DNA from: Clostridiales bacterium
GTDB lineage: Bacteria; Bacillota; Clostridia; Lachnospirales; Lachnospiraceae
Direction of reading: 5' to 3'
DNA: 64,000 nt
Assembly (NCBI GenBank): GCA_020859995.1
Contig: JAJBVE010000120.1
Location: forward strand, 2,121 to 66,120
A program made the translations under genes and the position numbers. The notes under the pieces are model-generated. The model was given only the letters and a program-made list of their open reading frames with translations. It was not told the origin of the DNA and made no database searches. This document shows, piece by piece, positions 8,401 through 15,622 of the stretch. Numbering within the stretch: position 1 is the stretch's first letter; each line of letters begins with the position of its first letter.

Positions 8401-10728
8401 ACGTATTACTACTATGTGTTTGAAACCTCTACAAGCACCACACCTGCAGGAACTACTGTTAGTGAAACTGACCAGGAAATTATTTATACGTCAGATGGAT
8501 ACCAGATCAATGGTTATTGGGCATCCTATGCGAATAATTCAGGAATCGTGGATGGAACGATCACAGTAACCAACAGCACAAAATCCATCTCCGCGACAAA
8601 GGCGTGGGGAACCGGAACCACTGCTGTTGACGTGGCATTCACCCTGTATCAGGGAACTAGCGCCAGCCTGACCTATGACGATATAGCTGCAAGCAATTTA
8701 ACGCTTGTAGCTTCAGACTCTGTGAGTGAAGGAAATCCGCAGACAATCTTGGCTTCTGAAGTGTCAGCTGGCAATGCAGATTGGACAGTCACATGGTCCG
8801 GATTGCCTACCGTGAACGCCGCCGGAGAGCCACTTTACTATTACGTGTTTGAAACGAGTATAGGGGGAACAAATTACACTACAGCAACCGCTATTTACGA
8901 TGATTCGGGCAAGCTTACGGGCTATATGGTTGGGAATTATTATGCCGAATACGGCAGTACGAGCGGAATGACTGATGGGACGGTAACGATTACCAACCAG
9001 GATACATCAATTTCGGTGAAAAAGGAGTGGGATAGCAGCATTACTACAACAGGAGCTGTGACGATGGGGCTGTATAGTTCCACGACGGCGCCGACAGAGC
9101 AGTCAAATGATACGTCGAAGACAGTATATATTTACTATAAATATAAGGATCAGAAGATTGACTGGGGGAAATATTATAATGGAGAAGCGTATTATTCTAC
9201 TGCTGTAACTTCAAGCTCACTGTCAGGAACTTCTGCATCATTTAGTTTTGGTTTTGTTGCGACTACCGATATCACATTGACTGCTGAAGATATATCTGTG
9301 GGTTGCGATAGTACTTCAGTTAAGATAAGTGATATTTCGGTATCAGGCAGCGGAACAGAATGGACAATATCATGGAACGCTAGTGGAATATATGAAAGTT
9401 GTAATTTCTTTGCTTTAGTTGGAACAACATATGGTTATTATCCAAAAGATGGCGTTATAACAGACCTGTCTGGGCAAATAAAGGATGAGAATCTATCCAT
9501 GCCGAGTGATGCGACTCTTGTATCATCTGCTTCTGTTACCTTAGATGGTACAACTGATGCATTTGAGACAGTCGCCTGGAATTACACATGGAGTAATCTG
9601 CCGGTGTATAACAGCTATGGTGAGCGAATTTATTATTACGTGAAAGAAGTAGATGCAGACACTTATTATGCTAGTTACAGTTATACCTATATCGAAGATA
9701 GTGATGGGAATATTATCGGTATTGATACGGTAACCATAACAAACTTCCCGGGCGCAACTGTGGAAAAAACTACTACGAATATATCGCTAGAAAAAGACTG
9801 GAAGGATGAGAATGGTGACCCTATAGCAGAAAATGGTGCTTCAATTACATTGAAATTATACCAAAGAGAAAGTGCCACTGCACCAGCTGGGAGTAGTGGC
9901 GGGGATGTATCACTGACAGCATCAGTAGAAGATAATAATGGGAATAGCAAAACGCTAATATCAAAGACTAGCTACGCAAGTGGAACAATCGTTGAAATTA
10001 CGATTACCAGTTACTTTACATGGAACAATCCTCTTTCGTTAAAAGAAACACCGAATGGAGTAACGCTTAAAGTTCAGGATAGTTATACAGATACTATAAA
10101 TTATACAACGTACTATTATGAGAAAGATACTTATGAAATTACATTAAATGATGATATTGAGCTGACATTTTTAAATAATATCTGGAATAGTACATCTTGG
10201 TATGACTGTATAACAGTGAATGAGCCTGTGGTAACTTATAAACCGGAGGCTAGCACAGGATCTGGCACTTCCGCGACACCAGAATCAGGTGATGTACTCT
10301 ACGCTACAATTGTCCTGTCCTCTTCGAGCGCAACTGTAACATATGCAGATGGCACCAAAGCGACAGACTCAGTGACATTGAGTTCTGATAATACCGTTTG
10401 GACATATGCTTTGAGCGGACTTCCGGCATCTGTTACCACCACAACACCAGGTGGTACGACATCAACCGTGTATTACAGCTATTTCGTAGTAGAGTCATCC
10501 GTAACCAACTATGAAACAAGTTATTCAAATAATGGCGGAATCGGGTCAGGTACGATTGTAGTAACAAACAAAAAGAAGACTACATCCGATGCTGAACTTC
10601 CTGAAACCGGCGGTACTGGTACCACACCGTATACTTATGGAGGTTTGCTGCTGACCTTATCAGCTGCGGGACTTCTTGTGTATAAAAGGAAAAAACACGG
10701 AAAGGAGGTTAGGTCAGGACCTTCCTGA
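2476..10728 (+). CDS. Giant LPXTG-anchored pilus tip / MSCRAMM-like adhesin (2,750 aa)
   Basis: ATG at 2476 follows RBS aaaggaggtg. N-terminal signal anchor WYRIVSMLAVVVVFVTTYMLILPAITLE. Two Glu-Thr/Ser repeat tracts. Collagen-binding-like region. At least five Cna-B-like modules, each ending in an LYYYVFE-type strand. C-terminal AELPETGG plus hydrophobic segment plus KRKKHGKE. The 125 codons of the tracked ORF upstream of 2476 overlap the signal peptidase gene and are Arg-rich junk. Confidence 0.85.
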   Translation: MNKSLLERAREFLRAHQRRHTWYRIVSMLAVVVVFVTTYMLILPAITLETDNTEEVALILVEEDNSGTVTETDASDGSGSSTESSASSTGNENGIVLTIEEIEEVETAPDLNGTSSGETATEEITEAITEEETIEETEEQTEEATENATETGVETDTEIESETKTEAQTEVKTETETEVQTEIETETETELDVAQLLAQITAQKLVTVEAESAEEADGDSNAVIHWLITIHTAQLDVSGWVLGSTVSVNGTETSLDAIGQTISVTEIAANGAETSTTASVIPYTFKTTGTSETAAYQIRFDTELAASEITAAAATVVCSVEFTLPGQKAGEEPAIEIKSSAVGVAAAATETETETESETESEFETETEAYSETESESETEMEIETETETEVESESETETASETETESESETETETEMTSEDESEFESETEIESESETITESETEFESETMTESETESESETMTENETDSESETMAESESETETETETESESDTEELANETLVIETETYVAPLLLGSALAESETEETDTEDETETGTEEETEAETETETETAEDPNAGISLQAAEESGTAVDLTDYITSITFSQLNSSGIWEQLDAGGTYEFAANTSLQFVLNYTITSGEVITSDNNVLTYVLPVGLTYDLSTSGYTTWNGKTVGEYSITQDESGNYVLKLVFYSDSEFFETATAFSGKVKFISYVGSEASSTQTTLTFIDDFSFTYTVTETQQTEQSEINTDSSFNVEKSGKTATSTNGDLLMHYDLEVTPGTYGATNVTFTDNLSVSVSGFDYATDAFQNIVVKDNDGTELTRIDVDSCKAGSSTTETETDSDGNTTTIVTTPYIDSGTGKTCYSVVTTTVTNSAGEEISTNTLTVPAAGYYYVVNNGDGTCKFILPDFVYEEVSGSVSPGSYTVSYDVDISGLDSDLSVTNYSLNNTVYDGNGSSKDTNWASFTNSWVKKSSSMTTDSNGDYVINWTVTVNPDYKEIQASDTFKDTISTTLDSSAYNSKLVSITVTDANGTEITVTAAELSGSLDWKTIASGDKTVADILSALADASTSFTYDNTKSTTEYSIVFNYTTTVSTEDLPNGYSTINNKATLSGDGEGGASSASGSQTMNNELVTKSCIGADYVEVTYITETGSTEEAIDEVAKIQWSSTIKIPSADNINAANLIIDAFSDENLWTTAELLATTTELTITSSDGSESVVLNLGEDKDYIILNNDTNIQTNYTGTDYSELKLTDGFSIQFTDDGITKLKAYAGGKISLLYYTYGTFSDLTADNTTRTFKNTISYNGNNASAEFSYSGSYFSKKYATNSGSGQTNEAELNIDDEIWWRVETKLMEEAIGSEVTLIDELPAGIDLVSLEVTEYFGAGTTGVLTDFSEDGTATLVYHDRTKYTVKVSVTEKQDGTTTIAVTLPSELTAALDLSGDHWFTLEIKAKVSDDEDINNYASTVTRAYYTNTARMLVGGTEKNVSQQTVKVVNDKANIEKAGALVDGTSNRVAYTLEVNKGQQTLNQGGNGTLTLIDTLTYNPDYIVAGSVAAEDAMSVELVSGEVHAYYYSADGKWIELPDGSYDFSYTYGTEEQSDGTIQNTLTMTIPDGLYIKVVYVYEMISSGEVNNLSAWSLSNKATLYEAGEESSESQKDYSYVDSGSTVTKIPTFYKVDENNYNTLLDGAKFTLWKYESSDWTQVGTTVYGSVNGKFDLTGVYDSLETDTLYRLEETAAPTGYKLPDSPYTYFYLKESVSASELERPSDVDAADITNMSAHDTVYITNSVNGSITVTKEWETEANSSFTATSITVALYKGTSPGYTYEDITDDNDLTKGLVKVDNSVTITSNKEWSNTWSDLPTTDSTSGLKLYYYVFEEKVNGDGTVSYSNGSYTVNGFSVDYANNGIQSGEITITNKPKSISATKKWADGTTKSDVTFTLYRGTTQGLSYSDTLGSAPALTKVEDQNIENPKMITADSSDTTVTWSGLASEDSYGNTYYYYVFETSTSTTPAGTTVSETDQEIIYTSDGYQINGYWASYANNSGIVDGTITVTNSTKSISATKAWGTGTTAVDVAFTLYQGTSASLTYDDIAASNLTLVASDSVSEGNPQTILASEVSAGNADWTVTWSGLPTVNAAGEPLYYYVFETSIGGTNYTTATAIYDDSGKLTGYMVGNYYAEYGSTSGMTDGTVTITNQDTSISVKKEWDSSITTTGAVTMGLYSSTTAPTEQSNDTSKTVYIYYKYKDQKIDWGKYYNGEAYYSTAVTSSSLSGTSASFSFGFVATTDITLTAEDISVGCDSTSVKISDISVSGSGTEWTISWNASGIYESCNFFALVGTTYGYYPKDGVITDLSGQIKDENLSMPSDATLVSSASVTLDGTTDAFETVAWNYTWSNLPVYNSYGERIYYYVKEVDADTYYASYSYTYIEDSDGNIIGIDTVTITNFPGATVEKTTTNISLEKDWKDENGDPIAENGASITLKLYQRESATAPAGSSGGDVSLTASVEDNNGNSKTLISKTSYASGTIVEITITSYFTWNNPLSLKETPNGVTLKVQDSYTDTINYTTYYYEKDTYEITLNDDIELTFLNNIWNSTSWYDCITVNEPVVTYKPEASTGSGTSATPESGDVLYATIVLSSSSATVTYADGTKATDSVTLSSDNTVWTYALSGLPASVTTTTPGGTTSTVYYSYFVVESSVTNYETSYSNNGGIGSGTIVVTNKKKTTSDAELPETGGTGTTPYTYGGLLLTLSAAGLLVYKRKKHGKEVRSGPS
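3519..3960 (+). repeat. Coding low-complexity (Glu-Thr/Glu-Ser)n repeat tract
   Basis: About 147 codons, almost entirely GAR-ACN/TCN (ETETETESETESEFETETE...). Shorter tracts lie at about 2827-3050 and 4033-4135. Confidence 0.9.
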
Positions 10729-11047
10729 ACGTGTGCAACGAAGCATAGCTGTGAATGTGAAAACAGCATAAAACAGCTAAAAACAAGAATCAAAATGCAG
10801 TTGAGAGGTTGGCTCGGAGCAGTAAGTGTAAGTATTCCGAACACAGCAAACACTCACGCAGGCAAACAAAGTGACAGCATAGGGCAACATGACAGAAGAA
10901 ACTCGTTGAAAAAACAAACGTGGCCAGGTGATATGAGCTACGATGTAGCAAACATAATAGCGCTAAGGCAGCGAAGTAACTGTTCATTGGTACGGGCAAG
11001 AAAAGCCCAAGGCCAGACAAAAAAATCTCAGAAAAGGGGAAAGTGAT

Positions 11048-12520
11048 ATGAAGAAGATGAAAAAATTAGTCAGCTTATTGCTGGCACTCGTCATGGTAAT
11101 GGCTATGGCGGTGAGTGTAAGCGCGACAAGCAACAACTACACGATTACAATTAATAATTCTACGGATGGATATGTGTATACCGCATATCAGATCTTCACT
11201 GGTGATACGAGTGGTACGACATTGTCTAATATTGAATGGGGCAATGGCATTTCTCAAACAGGAATATCGGCGGTCTATAATAAGTATAATGTCAGTAGTG
11301 CAGCTGATGTCGCTGAGGAACTAGAGGATGAGGATGATGCTAAGGAATTTGCTGCTTTTATTGCTGAGTATTTGCAAAATGGCATTGCTTCTACTGATCA
11401 AGGTAATACATACACCATCGAAACATCTACGGCGGGGTATTATCTGATTGAGAATACTACCGTTCCGAATGAAGGCGGTGCTTATACCAGCTATATGCTG
11501 AAAGTCGTAGAAGATGTGACTACTAGTCCAAAATCAGATGTTCCTAGCCTTGATAAGACGGTTGGTGATATCAATGATTCTGACAATACCACAACTCAGG
11601 GGGATACTGATTCCGCAGATTATGACATTGGTGATGATGTTCCGTTTACTCTGACAGCGACATTACCTAGTAACTACGCAGATTATACGACTTACAAGCT
11701 GGTTTTCCATGATATCATGTCTGATGGACTGACCTTTAATGAAGATGTGGCAGTGAAGATTGGCGGAAATACGGTTGCTGTTACGAATTACGAGGTTCAA
11801 AGTTCGATTGATGGAACTACAGGCGAGACAACTATTACCATTACATTTTCGAATTTAAAAACGACGGCAGCAGCTGCAAATAGTAGTGTTGTTGTGACTT
11901 ATTCTGCTGAACTAAATGATAAAGCTTCCTTTATGGAAGAAAATAATGCTTATCTGGAATATTCCAACAATCCGAACCAAACAGATGGATCTACCACAGG
12001 CAATACTCCAAAAGATAAGACGACCGTGTTCACTTTCACTTTGACTGCATACAAAGTTGATTCTTCAAGTCAGCCATTGTCGGGTGCTGGATTCACGTTG
12101 TATAAGTATGATTACGACGCTTCTACGCCGGGTTATGTCGCTGTGGGGACTGAGATTACAGGTGCGACATCATTTACTTGGAGCGGACTTGATGATGGAC
12201 AGTATAAGCTGGTTGAGACCACGACACCCGCTGGCTATAATACTATGGATGACTTGGAGTTCAAGATTGTTGCTACACATACAGAGGGAACAGTTTCTAG
12301 TCTTACGATTACGGATTTGGCTGGGAAGGACCTTTCGTCTGACTTTACAACGAGTACTTCTGCAGGCACTATTTCTACCAATATTACGAACTATACGGGA
12401 GCTGAAATGCCCGAAACCGGTGGCATCGGCACAACGCTCTTCTACGTGATTGGTACACTCCTTGTTCTGTGCGCAGCGGTTCTTCTGGTAACGAGAAAGC
12501 GCATGAGCTCTGAGAAATAA
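11048..12520 (+). CDS. Backbone (major) pilin, SpaA/FimA-like, MPETG sorting signal
   Basis: Signal peptide MKKMKKLVSLLLALVMVMAMAVSVSA. YTAYQIFTGD start, typical of isopeptide-forming pilins. Candidate pilin-motif lysine (VTTSPKSD). E-box-like YKLVETTTPAGYN. C-terminal MPETGGIGTT plus TM plus TRKRMSSEK. Confidence 0.8.
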   Translation: MKKMKKLVSLLLALVMVMAMAVSVSATSNNYTITINNSTDGYVYTAYQIFTGDTSGTTLSNIEWGNGISQTGISAVYNKYNVSSAADVAEELEDEDDAKEFAAFIAEYLQNGIASTDQGNTYTIETSTAGYYLIENTTVPNEGGAYTSYMLKVVEDVTTSPKSDVPSLDKTVGDINDSDNTTTQGDTDSADYDIGDDVPFTLTATLPSNYADYTTYKLVFHDIMSDGLTFNEDVAVKIGGNTVAVTNYEVQSSIDGTTGETTITITFSNLKTTAAAANSSVVVTYSAELNDKASFMEENNAYLEYSNNPNQTDGSTTGNTPKDKTTVFTFTLTAYKVDSSSQPLSGAGFTLYKYDYDASTPGYVAVGTEITGATSFTWSGLDDGQYKLVETTTPAGYNTMDDLEFKIVATHTEGTVSSLTITDLAGKDLSSDFTTSTSAGTISTNITNYTGAEMPETGGIGTTLFYVIGTLLVLCAAVLLVTRKRMSSEK

Positions 12521-12654
12521 GCAGTTGGGTGAATGCTCTGCCAGGAATGCATAGGAATGTATTCAAACGCAGAAAGCGCTATTCGCTCAAGATTTGGCAG
12601 CTTTTTGAAAGGTGAGCCATGAAAAAGAAAGATTTTCATTAAAAAGAAAGAATG

Positions 12655-12700
12655 AGAGCCGTTCCCCGGTTCGGTTCGCCGGGCCGGGGATGCTCTTTTC
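12655..12700 (+). terminator. Candidate partial terminator (attenuator) between pilin and sortase
   Basis: GC-rich imperfect hairpin agagccgttccccgg ... ccggggatgctct followed by TTTTCTGTG. It lies between two genes of the same operon. Confidence 0.4.
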
Positions 12701-12778
12701 TGTGTTGCTTGCAGAAATGATTGGTTCTTTTGTGAGAATAAAGTTATGTTTATTTTTATACAGCGGCAAGGAGAGCTT

Positions 12779-13624
12779 ATGAGGTGGATCAGGAAACATT
12801 TTACGACGATTTTACTGCTTCTGATTCTTCTCGCAGGTGTGTCCTTACTGCTGTATCCGACGGTCAGTGATTACTGGAATTCGTTTCATCAGTCGCGGGC
12901 GATTGCGACCTATGTGGACGCGGTGGCCGATCTGGATGAGAGTGACTATGAGGAAATGTGGGCGGCGGCGGCCGCGTACAATGAGGCGCTGTTGGAGAAT
13001 TCGGACCGCTGGAACCTGACGGAGGAGGAAGAGGAGGAGTACAATTCGATCCTCGATGTGACGGGCACGGGGATTATGGGATACATTGAGATTCCAAAGA
13101 TTGATGTGTATCTGCCGATTTACCATGGCACGGATGAGGGTGTCCTGGAGGTGGCGATCGGGCATCTGTCGGGCTCTTCGTTTCCGGTAGGGGGCGAGGG
13201 GACGCATTGTGTGGTGTCCGGGCACCGGGGGCTGCCGTCGGCGAAGCTTTTTACGGATCTGGATGAGCTCGAAGAGGGCGACATTTTCATGATGTATGTG
13301 CTGGGGCAGACGCTGACCTATGAGATTGACCAGATCCTGATTGTGGAGCCGGATGATCTGACTTCGCTGGAAATTGAGGAGGGTGAGGATCTCTGCACGC
13401 TGGTGACGTGTACGCCGTATGGGGTAAATTCGCACCGGATGCTTGTGCGCGGGCACCGGGTGGAAAATCTGGAGGACTATACGGTCAGTGTGACTTCGGA
13501 TGCCTCTCTGGTGGATGAGAAGATTGTTGCGCTGTGCGTGGCGGTGCCGATTCTGGTGCTTCTGCTGTTTGCGGTGATGGTGGGGCACAGAAAGAAGCGC
13601 AGACCGCCGTCGGAGGCTGCGTAA
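12779..13624 (+). CDS. srtC: Class C (pilus-polymerising) sortase
   Basis: N-terminal TM, VVSGHRG (His), TLVTCTPYG (Cys), VRGHR (Arg), possible lid DRW, and the C-terminal TM plus HRKKRR tail typical of class C. ATG at 12779 follows RBS aaggagag. Confidence 0.85.
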   Translation: MRWIRKHFTTILLLLILLAGVSLLLYPTVSDYWNSFHQSRAIATYVDAVADLDESDYEEMWAAAAAYNEALLENSDRWNLTEEEEEEYNSILDVTGTGIMGYIEIPKIDVYLPIYHGTDEGVLEVAIGHLSGSSFPVGGEGTHCVVSGHRGLPSAKLFTDLDELEEGDIFMMYVLGQTLTYEIDQILIVEPDDLTSLEIEEGEDLCTLVTCTPYGVNSHRMLVRGHRVENLEDYTVSVTSDASLVDEKIVALCVAVPILVLLLFAVMVGHRKKRRPPSEAA

Positions 13625-13654
13625 GAGCAGGGGTATAACTGTGAAGGTAATGAG

Positions 13655-13900
13655 CAGTTACGCTGACAGAAAGAAATCTCCCATTGAAGACGTATTGGAT
13701 TTGTGATATTCTGAGACTGTATAACCCGGGATGATTCGTGTGTTCCGGGCACAGAGGGCTTGATCGGGAATGAAGCAGATCGGGAGGTGTTAGGCAGATG
13801 GGGTATTATCTAAATAGTACGCAGGCGTTTTCTTTGTACAAAAGTGAGGCGGAGAGCCCATACTTTGTTGACAAGACAATGCTTCTGAGAGAATTGATTC
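13655..13900 (+). repeat. Copy A of duplicated leader plus 5' end of AAA-ATPase-like gene
   Basis: Aligns with 21739-21984. The leader is about three-quarters identical by eye, with conserved blocks cattgaag, tggatttgtgatattct, aacccgggatgattcgt and gggaggt. The last 55 nt are identical. Confidence 0.8.
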
Positions 13901-15546
13901 CGCTGGTGGAGCAGGGGAATAAGCATATTTGCATTACCCGCCCCCGCCGCTTTGGCAAGTCGGTTATGGCTGCCATGATCGGCGCATTTTTCGGTAAGGG
14001 AACTGACAGCAGCGGGATTTTTGACTCGCTGAAAATTGCGCAGGCTCCCCAGGACGAAGGAGTTTTTTTATCGGACCAACCGGATGAAACTTTTGATTAC
14101 AGGCAGTACATGAACCGATATGACGTGATTTACATTAATTTCATCGAGGCTGCGAATGAAAGCACCAGTTATGAGGAATTTATCACGACGACGAAGGAGA
14201 TTCTGCAGGAGGATCTCCGAGAAGCCTTTCCGGATGTGAAGTTTCGCAAGAAAGGCACTGCGATTCAGGATTTGCAGAAAATTTATGAGTATACACAGAA
14301 CAAATTTATTCTTGTGTTTGACGAGTGGGACTGCATTTTTCATAAGACCTATACGACCGATGAGGACAGAAGAAATTTTATCAACTGGCTGGCGGCGCTG
14401 ACAAAGGATAAAGGGTACATTGCACTTAGTTATATGACAGGGGTGCTGCCCATTGCAAAATATTCGAGTGGTTCCACGATCAATAACTTTAACGAGTACA
14501 CGATGGCGACTGACGACTTGTTCAGTGAATATTTTGGATTTACGGAGGCGGAAGTGGATGACCTCTATTCAAGGTATGCGGCGAGGACTGCTGATCGAAA
14601 TGTTTCGCGCGAGGATCTGAAATATTGGTATGACGGATATCATACGCCTTCTTCAGAACGAATGTATAATCCACGATCTGTAGTAGAGGCGCTGACACGC
14701 AACCGGATCAGGAGCTATTGGAGCGCGACTGGTTCTTATGCAGAGATTGCTGCTTATATCGTGAACGACAGGGCGGATGTGAAGAAGGATGTGGCACTTA
14801 TGGTGGCTGGGGAAGCTGTTCCTGCGAAGGTAGAGGAGTATGCAGCCACAGCGATGCGTTTGAGTACGCGGAATGAAATCCTGTCTGCGATGGTGGTTTA
14901 TGGCTTTTTGAATTACGAGAATGGGAAGGTGCACATCCCTAATAAAGAGTTGCTGGATGAATTTTCCAAAACAATCCGTGAAAGAGAAGATTTGGGTTAT
15001 ATGAACCGCCTTGCCATGGAATCTGATCGTATGCTGCAGGCAACATTGAGAGGCGATACGAAGACCATGGAGGAGATTTTGGCTTTTGCTCACGATTTGT
15101 CCTCAGTCTCATCTGAGACTGAGGACGCAGGCCGCGCCCATCGACCGAAGGTCGATTATAATTGCGCGGCTCTCCCGTATACGGAAACTCCTCTTTTGGA
15201 TTACAATGACGAGACCGAGCTTACCGCGATTGTGAACCTCGTCTATCTGGCAGCGAGGGACAGCTATTATGTAGAAAGAGAAAACAAAGCCGGGACTGGC
15301 TACACGGATTTCATTTTTTATCCGGAAAGAGCAGGAGATGACGGCCTGATCCTTGAATTGAAGGTGGACGATACCCCGGAGGCGGCGATCCGACAGATTA
15401 AGGATCGAAAGTATCTTTTGAAGTTTCAGGGCAGGATGGCTGAGAAAAAGCGCCATACTGGCCGGGTTCTGCTGGTTGGGATTGGATATAGCAGAAAGAA
15501 GAAGGATCACCACTGCAAAGTGGAAATTGTAAAGCAGGTAAATTAA
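13798..15546 (+). CDS. AAA-ATPase-like (PF09820-type) plus PD-(D/E)XK (PDDEXK_9-type) fusion protein
   Basis: N-terminus PYFVDKTMLLRELI...ITRPRRFGKSV is the hallmark of predicted AAA-ATPase_like proteins. C-terminus GTGYTDFIFYP...GLILELKVDD...AIRQIKDRKY fits a D...E-x-K nuclease core. Confidence 0.75.
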   Translation: MGYYLNSTQAFSLYKSEAESPYFVDKTMLLRELIPLVEQGNKHICITRPRRFGKSVMAAMIGAFFGKGTDSSGIFDSLKIAQAPQDEGVFLSDQPDETFDYRQYMNRYDVIYINFIEAANESTSYEEFITTTKEILQEDLREAFPDVKFRKKGTAIQDLQKIYEYTQNKFILVFDEWDCIFHKTYTTDEDRRNFINWLAALTKDKGYIALSYMTGVLPIAKYSSGSTINNFNEYTMATDDLFSEYFGFTEAEVDDLYSRYAARTADRNVSREDLKYWYDGYHTPSSERMYNPRSVVEALTRNRIRSYWSATGSYAEIAAYIVNDRADVKKDVALMVAGEAVPAKVEEYAATAMRLSTRNEILSAMVVYGFLNYENGKVHIPNKELLDEFSKTIREREDLGYMNRLAMESDRMLQATLRGDTKTMEEILAFAHDLSSVSSETEDAGRAHRPKVDYNCAALPYTETPLLDYNDETELTAIVNLVYLAARDSYYVERENKAGTGYTDFIFYPERAGDDGLILELKVDDTPEAAIRQIKDRKYLLKFQGRMAEKKRHTGRVLLVGIGYSRKKKDHHCKVEIVKQVN

Positions 15547-15622
15547 GGGACAGAATAGTAGAAGAAGCAAAAGAAGCAGAAGCTGTAAAAGACGGATATC
15601 AGGAAAGGACTGGTCGAGGAAT

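Noticed and set aside
10795-11046. An 83-aa ORF in the adhesin-pilin spacer.
   Set aside because: It has no RBS. Its composition (basic, low complexity) reflects the A-rich spacer, and it ends exactly at the pilin RBS.
12845-13588. Long antisense ORFs opposite real genes: 12845-13588, 23975-24982, 44442-45545, 45520-46260, 49369-50193, 58173-59390, 60824-61453, 38609-39208 and others.
   Set aside because: Their compositions are His/Arg/Pro-rich, typical of the antisense frame of GC-rich coding DNA. Each lies fully inside a confidently identified sense gene and has no motifs.
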